A stretch of 64,000 bases of DNA, from assembly GCA_036172245.1 (NCBI GenBank), contig JAYWIR010000017.1:310001-374000 (forward strand). Reading direction: 5' to 3'. Below are positions 49,601 to 61,249 of the stretch, piece by piece. The translations under genes and the position numbers were made by a program. How positions within the stretch are numbered: the first letter of the stretch is position 1; every line of letters starts with the position of its first letter. This stretch comes from Raillietiella orientalis. Its lineage: Eukaryota. The notes under the pieces were generated by a model. It was not told the origin of the DNA. It saw only the letters and a list, made by a program, of their open reading frames with translations, and did not search any database.

Positions 49601-50395
49601 TGTATATAGGTAGACTACTTATTTATGACTATTTAATTTGTACAATTCATGTTAATTCAAGACTTTCTAGAAACAAAAACTGCTTTTTTAATTCGTTACT
49701 ACAGCATACAAACTGTTTTACAATCATAAAATGACAGTACTTCAAACTGACTATTGATAAATTAATTCTTTTATACATACACTCTGAAGATGGAATGCCT
49801 TGCACATAAGCCCAGGTAGAGAATCTGAAACAGAAAATTTCACTTGTTGATTAGAACTATTAAATGCAATATATACATAAGTTTTATAGCTAATTTTGGC
49901 TTCAAAGTTTTCACTGTAAGCCAAAGATTTTATTGGTAAAACTAAGACTTATATGCATAATCTATTAAAAACAAAATCTGGCATAGAGTACTTTCTAGTA
50001 TTCTCACATACAGATATCCTGAATACATTGTTTCAAGGCCTTTTACAATTGGAATACTTAAGGTCTAAGACGAAATTTTACTATAGCAATTTTCTAAAGG
50101 CAAATCACAGATTTCAGAGAATAAACCATGAGGCAATTTTTTTTAAATAGAAATATAAGGCCACCTTTGCATTTTCAAATGCAACAGCGAAAATAACCAT
50201 TTGGGTTCCGAACTTCTGGATTCTAAGATTTAAGGCTATCTATAATTTCATTTTCAACCTAGCTACTCATAACTGGACGTTTGATCTCCAATACCAAGGA
50301 AAAAACACAGATTCCACAAATACGTACGTTAATATGATTAATTACCAAAATACTGAATATACAAACCCTTCGGGATTCCTCTTTTCAGATTGCAT
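43614..50395 (-). CDS. cnn: Centrosomin/CDK5RAP2-family pericentriolar scaffold, 7 coding exons, ~1199 aa
   Basis: Exons: 50367-50395, 49781-49824, 46976-47331, 45820-46923, 44845-45774, 43944-44798, 43614-43895 (3600 nt, phases consistent). CM1 motif MKEYSQQLSALKKENFALKLRIYWLEER, SWSEPDRDVSKARMGL, SSDLGIESD, CM2 motif QLKKTHHVLRKAKVNL, extensive coiled coil. The first two small exons are less certain. Confidence 0.92.
47700..48062 (-). pseudogene. Bacterial-type MFS (ProP/MHS family) transporter fragment within a cnn intron
   Basis: PFLIEHTRKYKKGFFGRIEVLSTIRGLVSSLIAVLICKKVPDFESCYWRLPFVFSLVMGLISTYTRYIRGESPEYKK, then a frameshifted YKKPV. Matches the TM4-TM6 signature of MHS transporters (FLIEH..K.GFFG, WR.PF, R...ESP.Y). 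Confidence 0.8.
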
Positions 50396-52559
50396 GATTT
50401 TTCCAAAACAATCGTTTACACTTCAAATTTGTAAGCAGAATTGCCAAGTTTAGAAACTATCATACAATAAAGTCGACCGAAATTCAAGACAAGTGTGAGT
50501 TCAAGTTCCAATCAACAAGACATTTATGCACCTATATTTCATATTAAAAATGGAACTAATAATTTATTCAATAAGCGAATAATCTTTCTATTCAATCTTG
50601 TATAATTTCGAGTTTATCTCATCGGTTTTTATCTTTTGTAAACGTATATATCCGTTTTCATTACATTTCTTGTATATGTATTTACGCTTAAAAATTATTG
50701 AGAATAATCAAAAATTACAAATAGTCTGATGTTAATTAAACCTTCATCTTCTGTTTAATACCAAAAAAAAACCTCACTTTATGCGTCCGAAATGAAGCTT
50801 CTAATGGAATTATAGACACAGAATATAATAGTTCAGAATCATGCGCTCGACTATTATGTGGAATGTTCATTTTTTTAGAAATTTAGCTTGCTATTTATAT
50901 TGCTCCTATTTTGTATTCATACATTAATTTGCATTCTGGAGAAAATAATTTATTCCTCTGTTTATATCCATTAAAAATTTAACATCTGGAAATTTAGTTT
51001 ATCAACTTTATTGCAGTAGTTAGTCAAGAAGCACTCAAATTCAACTGCTATATAAAAAATGATTTCTATATAAAAAATCAGCAGTGTGTTCGTATGCAAA
51101 CTGGATAAATACTGATATAATTGTAAAGTGAAAACATAATCTAGTATTAATGTGATCATGAATTAAAGCTATTACAATTACAGAAATAATTTCTACACTA
51201 TACAAGTATGAGAGCATCTTTGGATGCTTTTTAGAGATAAGGATATTGATTTTTCATTTCTTCTTAAAAGATCTAATTTTGAAAAAGCATGCAGAGCTGT
51301 TGAAAATCACTTATTATCCGTGGGTGGTAAGCAAATGCAAAGATACATCCCGCGTACAAGTTACTGCTATTATATTTCGGTGATCATAAGAATATAATCC
51401 ACTAATTCGTAAGGAATACTTACTACAGTCATTACTAAGCAAAGTATATTTATTACTGCAAGACTACAAACTGTACATGTGCAATGTGTTAGCAAGCGAA
51501 ACTTGGTGAGAAGGCAAAAGACGACATTTAGTTACATTTATTTTGCGTTTTCTGTTATCCTCTATGACTTTCTGTATTCAGTATTGAAATACTCTTTATA
51601 GTGCTTATGTTTTTTGAGGAATTCATAAAAAAAGTGTTGTTTTCTTCTTGTAAGTATATTATTATTACATTTCACTTAACTTGATGTGAATATCGATCTT
51701 ATTAATGTATAAGTATCCCTAGTAAATAAAGGCATAGCAAATGCCAAAGAAGAAAATTCTCTCTGATTTGATTGAAAAAAAGAATCTTTCGGAAAACATT
51801 AGCCGAAAAGATATAAAGACTATTAGCATAAAATTTCTGAATAATAATCAGAAAGAACTAAAAATAAGAATTTAAAAGCATAAGAAAAAATGAGTTCTTT
51901 ACTACGTTCCCCAAACTTTTAAAGCTGAAGGTGTTGCAAGGAGCCTTGGGTATAAGATTGTCATCTGTAACATAGTTCAAAAATTTATTTGGTCTCTTGG
52001 ATCGTAATGACTTTTCGAAAAATCACTTATAATTGTTCGAAAACAAGATTTACGAAATATCTTATTGATTGAATGAATGCTGTACATTAGCCTTAAATCA
52101 GACCTCTTTATTAGACTATAGATCATACCAAGAGATATGAGCTAATACTTATAAAAAAGAAAAATGTGGTTTAATTTACGAATTATAATGGACAAAAATT
52201 TTGAAGATCTATTCATCATTTGTACAAACAAGTAATAATATGTGCCAAAAAGTTGCAATCAGTTTCAATGACAAAATGATCTTTGCTTTTGAGAATGTCG
52301 ATACACCACCTAGAACACAAAAGTGCTTAAAATTTCAAATAAAGTGAGTGTCTTAGAGAACAGAAAGGAATAAATCAGAATCAGATGGCAACTAGACTTT
52401 TGATCTGAAGTAAAAGAAATTGTCTTAGGGCGCCAAGAAAATGAGAAAAATGACCACCAAGTATCTCGATAAGTGATGGAGTAAATGTTATAAAGTAAGA
52501 ATATTTGTTCTCACTGGATCAGTTTTTGATTTAAACATGAAAGCAAATTTTCAAAAACA

Positions 52560-53550
52560 TTACTTTGTAGCTAATTTAAGGGTATTTCTATTTACTGTCT
52601 CCAACAAGAAATATGAAGTAACGAGAACTCTAGGATTTTATAATGGTGAGAAAGAGAATGTCAACAAAGCAAACTGCAATTAGGAAATGTTATTTATTTC
52701 TAAAATTCAGTGATACGTTATTTTTAGGTTGCTTAATTTTTTTTCTTCTAGAATTACACAACAGTTGAGCGGACATTGGCAGCCACGAGTTCTAATTCTT
52801 AGATTCGTTTTGATTATTTTGTATGTTTGAAATTCTCGTTTTTAGATTGGATTTGGGGGCAAAAATGAGATATCTTGAAAGCAGTTACAAAATGGCTTTT
52901 GTATTTGAAGACCTGAATTCGTTCAAATCATTCTATCCTTATCACCTCAGCATCTAATGCGAATATATCTATTATGCCTTTTTTTAGTGCTGATATTATG
53001 CATGTAATATTATTTTCTGATTACAATCCCAAAAGATATGAATCAACTTTCTCTAAATTTGGATCAATAGAGCTTATTCTCCCGTAAACTGAGAATTAAG
53101 GAGTATTTCGGGACAAATACCAATATCGAAGAAATATAGTTTTTAATATATACAGATCTTGAGCTAATAGAAAATGAAGTTTGGTTGATTGTGATTTACG
53201 GCCCACAATTGTGGATATCATTCAGGGAGATTAGCATTACTTAAAAAATTTCCTTATAAGAGTGAAATTATTGCATAGTGTGTTTTGTTTTGTGATTTCA
53301 TAACCCAGAAATCGGATCAGAATGAGATTTCATCAGAAATTAAAAGTAATGTACAAATACTCCAAAAACAGATATTGATGCCTGTCAATTCTAGAAGATC
53401 TTGTTTTCGGAAGGAAAAAAAATGATTACTAATAAGTCTCAGTTTTTGACGTCAACATACAGAAAGGAAGAACTCCCCTTGGCAACTTCAAAATGAGAAT
53501 TGGGAAACTCGAAATATTTCAGTTTTGAAAGAGCGCTGAAGTAAAAGAGA
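52560..53550 (+). mobile_element. Possible decayed L1-type AP-endonuclease region
   Basis: ISIYCLQQE (CLQET-like), VFRDKYQYRRN (D.FR..YP..R-like), SILED. Confidence 0.3.
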
Positions 53551-54719
53551 AGTTCGGTATTTTGTTCATTTTTGAATTGGTCAACTAGATTTCTAATAAT
53601 CATCTCTTATCTCGAAGGATCTACCTTTAATAAAACTGAACTCTTCATTTTATATTAAGTACATGTTAATGTATTAGAATGCTGAATAGTAATTAAAACA
53701 CATTTCATGAGAATTATTTTATATAGTGTATTATATATAGTTTTTAGAATATAATCAGCTTAAGAGATTATCTTTCTGTTCTTCGTCTACCTCCTCCATC
53801 TGCTCCTCCCTTCTCTTTCTTTTCCCGTTCGCCGTCCTCCTCCTTTCACCCTTTCTGCTCTCCCGTCTCCGTGCTAGGAGCTGCATCCTGAAGTTTTGCA
53901 TTGGAGCTATTCGTTCTAGGGAAATGTAAGTACATACGGATGTATGAATTTCGAGTTATAGGAAAATCACATCACATCTTGTTTTTCCCACTGCTTAAGC
54001 TTATTCTGCATATGATACAGACATTCTATGAAACGAAGAATAGATCCATTATCATTAGTTAGGATATCGAATTAGACCACTTAGCAACAAACCTTTGATA
54101 ACTGATGTGATTTACCAGTTCAGAATCTCGGTGATCCCGATGTGTTCGCAATCGAAGAAGCGTTCATAGGTTGCTTCTTTAAAAGCAATGAATTCTGTGA
54201 GATAAATTCAGTTTTACTACTTTTTCGAATGATTGGTTCCTTTCATCTAGGAAATCGGCATCTCATAAAGTTACTAATGAATTCTACTATTAAAATTTAT
54301 CAATTTATCGGCACTGGTTTGTGGGTCATGTAATATGAAATATTATTCAAATATTTTCACAACGTTGACTAGAAGAATTGAAATCCTTTGCGGTGCGGAT
54401 CATTTCAGGAAAATTGTGATTTTCCGGTTTCACATGTCCACCTCTGCGCCTTTGACTTGGTAAAATTCCTCACATAATTTCAATAGGAACACATTTCTCA
54501 TAGGAAAGCGCACAGACGTACCTGGTACGAATGCATGTGCTGCATATCTCTAATTGATAGAATGAATAATTGCATTCACTATGCACTGTTATATTCTTGC
54601 AAAATAAATGAGAAGCTGAATGATTCCCTTCTCAAAGATTACACTTAGCTTTTATCCACTATTCAGTACATGCGATGTGTGTTCGTGAAGTTCCTCACCC
54701 TTTCAGCTATCTGGTTATC

Positions 54720-55060
54720 CTAATCGAGGCTGGCTAATCCTGGCTGGTCACCCAAAATGCGTCTCCATCTTGGGCTGTTCCAGACTTTGAGCAAATCAAC
54801 ACTCTCTTTATTTTTCCCGACTTTCCAAGGAAGATCTGGTCTCTAGCCAACAAGGAATCCTTCTTGACTCAACTCCTTTTTGCAGCTGAAGGCAGTTCAC
54901 CAGGTACTGGCTAGCTTCCATGCTCCGTCCAGGAACAACACAAGTCTGCACTTTCCACAGGCAGTGTTGACCTGGAAAAGCCCCTTACAAGTGCTTAGAC
55001 CAACAGACAGCACCACCATTCTTTTCTTCTTCCTCTTTGTCATACCTCGCCAAATGGGCA
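54720..55060 (-). mobile_element. Inverted L1/Tx1-like RT fragment
   Basis: QTCVVPGRSM followed by a degenerate LDQ/KAFD-like segment. Confidence 0.5.
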
Positions 55061-56410
55061 GTCAGCTACCGCAGCATCAAGCAGAAACTCTGCTGAGAAT
55101 TTAAGACAGCGTAGCACCGACACGAGTCCTCTTTCGTACACAACCACTCTCATCTGGTTCGCTTTCCTGGTTCCCACTGATGGATCGTTTGTTCAGGAGA
55201 ACAAGCATTTTCCACACTGGAAACTGCCGACTTCCAGATCAAGTTCCAGGTCAGTTGAATCCTTATCAGTCCACTTCCAGAACAGTTGAATCCTGGGCCG
55301 CATTCCACGGAATGGACCCGGAAGATGTTTACTCCTTTCGGCATCTGCTACCACGACCCATGGAAGTGGTAATGGAGGACACAACGAAGTGGCTGACCCT
55401 GGTCGCCATCCCCCTTGCCGCAGCGCTGTCTTCCCTCGGGGCAAGAGAAGACAGTAACCTACCGGCGAGGTGGGAGTTTACCTGTACTGTCGCGGGAACT
55501 GCAAAACTCTTGGGTGGCTGGAGGGCGCGCGAGTTGCCAGGCGCTGCTACTCCACGGACAACTGCTGCGGGACTTGTTCGGTGTGCGAACTGTTGAGTGT
55601 GGCCCCAGAGTACTAGTAGTCCCTCCAAACTGCGTAAACACACCAGTGTTTCCGCTTAGTTGGAAACAGGACGTACTGCTCTTCGTTACATTACAACGAG
55701 CGGTGGCATCGTGTTTCCGGAGGGGTTGTCTCCCCTAACTGTGCCAGGTGCGGGTCGATGGTGTCGTTCCCACACCTGCTTTCAGACTGCGGTGCCCTCC
55801 AGTTACTGTGGCGGAGGCTGGCAGCAGCACTCCTGCACCAGGAGGACATCCCTCGAGAAGTGCTGTGAAGGTTCCTCGCACCGAGGACTCACGGCAGTCG
55901 TGGTGATCGCAACGATGGGTTACATTAGCACCATCGTCACAGTCCGAAATGTGCTGGAGACCACCATGCAGCGGAGGGATGGCCTTACGATGGCAGCCGC
56001 CTATATCAGCGCGACTGCAAGGTGGCATCACTTGGACGAAGAATCGAAGATCAACGGCAAACAGCGCCGGTTTGCGAATGGTTAGGAACGACCGAGTCCA
56101 GTGACCATTGTCCCTTGTCCTCCTTTATTCATTTATTTCTATTCCTTATCCCTCTTCGCACCGCAAATTTTCCGGTGTTTTTTTTCTTCTGTTTGCATCC
56201 CGGTGCGTGCAGTGCGAATCCAAAGATCCCATCCCACCCAATCTCATTTATTTTTGTCGCACACCTTGTCCCTCCCCCGTTCCGGACCTCTTGTTTTCCC
56301 GGTCTGCGTGCCGGTGAACCCTCCCCTTTATTACTTGTAGTCGTCGGTTGGGAACTAAAGTTCCCAAGTGGTTTATATTAATAAACGCCCCTCTGCGACC
56401 GGGTGATGAA
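55060..56410 (+). mobile_element. 5'-truncated L1/Tx1-like LINE copy C (ORF2 C-terminus plus 3'UTR)
   Basis: PARWEFTC..KLLGGWRAREL is homologous to copy A with synonymous third-position changes. CCHC knuckle CARC..HLLSDC..LLW; pyrimidine-rich UTR; AATAAA near 56380; ends ccgggtga like copy A. Confidence 0.82.
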
Positions 56411-59180
56411 TTTCCAGATCATCATCAGTGGATCGCAAGCCACCAGAATGGACACGTGACGAGGTGTCAGATAGAAGAGATGCTCTTCACCACTTAGATA
56501 GAAGCGGTTGAAAAAGGAAGCTTACTGCTGGTCGCCTCCTGCTTTACAGGCTTCCTGGAAAGCAGGGAAGCAGGAGCTGCTCGGAGTCAAGGATGCAAGC
56601 AGTAGCTTGAATGAGAATCAGTCCTCAAAAATGGAGCTCTGGCTGTTGGAAACGTGGACTCCAATGAGAGGGAAACTTAGGCTCCAATGAAGAAAGAGCT
56701 AGCAAAAAACCTGGGACTGAGTCTCCACAATGGAGGCGGAAGGCAACAGTGGAAAGAATTCCATGCCCAAGGTGAAGGCAAAAATCAACAAGCGCTTTCA
56801 ATCCGACTTTCTGTTTAGAGGAAAGTCGAGCCGATGGAATTGACTTTTTATTTCACTTATTTACACACACTGTGCTTCTCGGGCACAGAAGTCCGAGAAA
56901 CATTCAGCAATATCCGGTACGGCCTTCTATGACATGAAAAGAAGCTAAAGACGTAGACCAAAGGAGTGCAGCATATTGAAATTGAGCAAAAGGGGCACCA
57001 GAGAAGATCCAGAAATCCATAACCTATTCCCGACATGGTCATGGATTGCTTTACGTGGCTCATGGGTGACACTCACGAAGAGTGTGTGTGGGTGGATGGG
57101 TGGAACTGTTGCCAGTTTTATATGGAAAGATGGGAACGAACTATACCTGGCTAGGACGAAACCAGGAGAAACTCTAGTGGAAGCCCTCAGCAGCCTCGAC
57201 TTGTAGATGGGTCGTCTTGAGATGCTGGGTACAGAGGTGAAACACGAATCGAACCATCGCATAGCGGTTTCCTCCGACGGTTCCTTCGGGATAGCTGACG
57301 ATCATCGAAGAGAGTCTTATCCGGTTAAGCGAATGATTGGAAGAAGCTTGGGCTGAACTGACTTCAACTTCTTCGGAAAATCCACATAGTTGAGAAGTCC
57401 GGCATGATTGAAAGCTGAAGCTCGGATGTCGAATCCTCAAAGACCCGTTGGATTGCTTCTATTTCGGTGTCTGTTGAATGAACCATGCAGTGGGATTAGG
57501 CGCATCCGATATGCCACTCATTGAATTCCATGAAAGGTGCTTGGTTGCTATGAACAGCAGAGATAACGGTGAAACCTGGAGTCCGCTGAGAGCTTTTTTT
57601 TTTTTTTTTACAATCTTTCCACAGTAACTATGAAAGAGCAATCTCATAGTCGAGAACGAAAACAGAGACGTGATTACTACTTTAAAACCTGCAAACAGTC
57701 ATTCTCACTTCAAAATGTAAATGATGTCAGTTAATACTATTTTCTGAAGTGTTATCTAAATTATCTATTTCAAGAGAATAAACTGTCTATAAGTATTTGG
57801 TTTGAAAATTACTTCATTTTACTTCGTATTTTCAAAAAGGATTCAACTTCTACATTTGACTAAAGCAGATATATTCTATAAATCGATATTCTTGAATTGT
57901 CTGTGCTCAATCAAAATTGAATATGAACATCAATGTGAACACGAGATGATGCCATCAACCATGTAGCGGATATAAACAATCTCTTTCGAAAATGCTCTTT
58001 CAGTGTTAGAAAGACTTTTTTTTTCGAGAATCAGAAACCTCTATTTGATGTTGTATGCACTTATTGCATCCATTGCATACGTCTTAAGAAAATTTGTATT
58101 TATTCTATAAATGAATCTTTTCAGCTTATGAAAACAGCGCTTTTAGAAAACTGAACACTTCAAGTCTCATGATCATTATTTTTAATTTTCATTTCTGTCA
58201 ATAAATAAAAACAACAAAAGTTTTTTTTTGTTTTTTTTATAAAAAAAGGCATATAGCGCTTATGCACATGATGCTTCAACGTTCATGCGTTTTGCTCCTT
58301 AATTTATCAGGATTGAAATCGAAATAAGTATTTGAATTCCGAGCAACAGTCGTGTTGAACGATTGGAAATCTGGCTATTCATATACCAAAGTATAATATG
58401 TTCTGTATACAATGAATTAGGATGTTTTAGAAATCTGCAAAAAGATTTGAACTTTCATTAATGCGTTTCAAACTTAAAATAAACAACCATTTCTTGCATT
58501 CTCTTATTTGTAATTATAACTTAGAAAGAAGTTCTTAGTAATCTTAAGGATTAGTCGCTCATGTGCCATCTCGTAAAGAAATCTGAAATAAATATGGTCT
58601 GCTTTGATCATTCAGATGCATTTTGTTAATAGTTGATGGCAAAAGTGTATCTAGTTGTCTTAAGTTTCTGTAGGCTCTTTGACCAAACTGAAATCCGAAT
58701 CAGCGAATTTAATCTGAATTCACTACTTGCACGTTCACGTTTCTAAAACATATGAATTGTTATATTCACTCCTCAATATTCATTTATTATTCACCTAATC
58801 GGGGAATCTACAGATTTATACTCTTTATATTAAGTTTGATAGATTTTTCATGTTCTCTATGAACCACGTAGACAAAAAACAAATTATCAGTAGTCCTCTT
58901 ATAGTGAAAATATATATTAAGCATATGCCTACTACATTCCTGCTTTGTACGTGTTTTTCTTCAATCCTTTTTCTAGACTTCGAGAAAAAGGAAAAAGACA
59001 CTGTGGATGAATTCTGATAATTCAAGATGCTCCCAAAATAAAAATTCTCTTTTTTCTAAAGTTCATCTGCAGTGTCTAATCTTGAAACTTATTTTAGAGT
59101 CACTCCATTTAATTATGCATTATCCCTATGCTCAATGCATAATAATTCGTGAAACGTATACCCATTTGAAGTATTCTTAT

Positions 59181-59214
59181 TTGGTAACTTTAGTTAATTG
59201 GTAACTTTAGTTAA
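59181..59214. repeat. 17-bp tandem duplication
   Basis: ttggtaactttagttaa x2. Confidence 0.85.
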
Positions 59215-59769
59215 TCTTGATTCCTTCAATTAAGAGTATGAAAAAATTTCAACATTACAGAAATAAACGAGACTTCATAAGAAATGAGGGAAATTACAAC
59301 TAGATACACAAAACTGTTACGAAGGTGCTCTATTTTTGTATGCTTTTTTCTTGGCTGTAATTAAGGAGATAGTATTCAAACTTCGAATATTTCAAAACCT
59401 GAAGATCGATTTCTCGTATCAAAATATAATTGTAAAAAAAATTTTTTTTTTCTCACTACAGAACGATTGTTCGAATGAAAAAGGTTGTAGTAAACATCAT
59501 AATAGCAAATGAGGTATCCCTGACTTCTAATATTTATGATGATCGGTACCTAATTTGTACTATGCTTAGTTTGGAATTTGTAAGCTTATCTGTGTTTGTT
59601 TTGAATGAACTTCATATATAGTACGCCTTTTCCAAGGTATGTGTAAACTTGAGAGCAATAATAACATTAATTTAAGTCCAGAACTAAAAGGAATTCTCGG
59701 TATTTTCGTTTTCCAGAACTTAATGGACATAGAAAAAATGAGCATGCTTCAAAGTGGAAGTTGATTGGA

Positions 59770-61209
59770 ATGATGGAAATAAGCACTACGAATACCAGCG
59801 AAACGTTTTCCTGTGTTTTCTGTAATACGTCTTTCACTAATAGAGAAGAGCTGAAGCAACATTTTCGGTTTGTTTGTAATTGTATTTACTGCAACAGATG
59901 TATTGATATTTCTAAAGAAAACAGATTGTGCAGTTTTTTGGTGAACCATTGATATTCTTAATTAGAAAAACAAATAAGCAAAATATTTTTGAAAACGTTG
60001 GACAAAACTATTCCCAATAATAACATTTATTTCTATTAGACATCATGCATTTGATAAATATGGACAAGGAGTTACAAAAATCAAAAATCGTAAAACAAAT
60101 ACCATGAAATCTCCAAGCAAACTATCACACACAAATATAAGTGTACCGACAAGAAGAAATTATGTCAATAGAACACCTACTGAATGTGATGTTTGCGGTA
60201 GTGTTATTCTGAAATGAACATAACAATAATGTCGCACAGGTCAAATGTTTGATTGCAATGCAGCAGCTATGACACATAAGTTCAGAAGACATCCAAACAG
60301 TGGAACCCACTGCTGTCCTTATTGTGGGAAAAATTTCGTGTTAAAGGTATGTGGATTTCTTCATTGCTTGTTAAAAGCCATTTCAGAGTGATTTTACAAA
60401 ACATACATCTGAAGTCCATGTTAACAATAACAGCCAAAACCATAGTGACAAAGAAGAATTATGTTGTACTGTTTGCAAAGCAACGTTTTTCTCTCAGAAT
60501 GCATTGGATTTTCATGTTAAATCTGCACATGCAAGGTAAACTAGAAGTAGAACAAAGATCAATGCTCCTGTTTTTGCAGAGTGGTTAAAATACTTTATCC
60601 AGTGGTTACACCACCTCCCAGTAAAAAAATAAGAGTAAATGCAGCAGGAGAAGCTCAGAGTGTTTATTTCTGCCATCTATGTGGTTCAGAATACGTTATA
60701 AAATACAATTTGCGTAAACATCTTGAGATTGGACATACCCAACAAGAACGAGATCAAATACCACAGTGAGTAAGCCTTGAACAGTGGACCAATCTGCAAT
60801 TTTGCAGGCAGCTGTTGCAATGTAACATGTGTGCAGGCATGTTTTATTCTGCACGAGCATATGAAGCACACAATCTGACCCATACAGACAATGATCTTTA
60901 CATAAAAGATGAGAAACAACGGTAAGAATGCAAGTGATAAAACTGCCAGCTAACTATGCTCACAGGTTACAGACAGTTAGTAAGGTGGATCAAGATTATG
61001 ATGCATCTCGAGTAGCTTGGCAGCTTCCTGCGGGATCATCTGGAATGAAATATTTGGATCGTGTTTCAGGCAGTCGATCTTCAGCTTCCAGCATACCTTC
61101 TGATAACAGATTATCAGCTGAAGCTGAGTCACCCACTTTCACAAGTAATGAGATTTGCAAACAGACTAATTTTGTTGGACCAAATGAATTAAGTACTGCA
61201 AGCAGTTGA
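59770..61209 (+). CDS. C2H2 zinc-finger protein, at least 7 exons, ~351 aa
   Basis: Exons: 59770-59867, 60040-60197, 60240-60346, 60387-60535, 60580-60765, 60808-60921, 60966-61209 (1056 nt). Fingers CVFC..H..H, CDVC..HKFRRH, CPYC..H, CTVC..HVKSAH, CHLC..HLEIGH, CNMC..HNLTH. The 5' end is uncertain (frame open to an acceptor at 59717). Confidence 0.88.
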
Positions 61210-61249
61210 TAAAATTATATAATATAAAGCAAACTTGGAAGGAAAGGTT

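Noticed and set aside
56440..57540. Protein-coding gene in a GC-richer patch
   Set aside because: Fragmented ORFs with no recognisable motif; probably another TE relic, but I could not assign it.
59462..59636. Upstream coding exons of the zinc-finger gene
   Set aside because: Splice-like sites exist, but the phases give a stop when joined to the acceptor at 59717.
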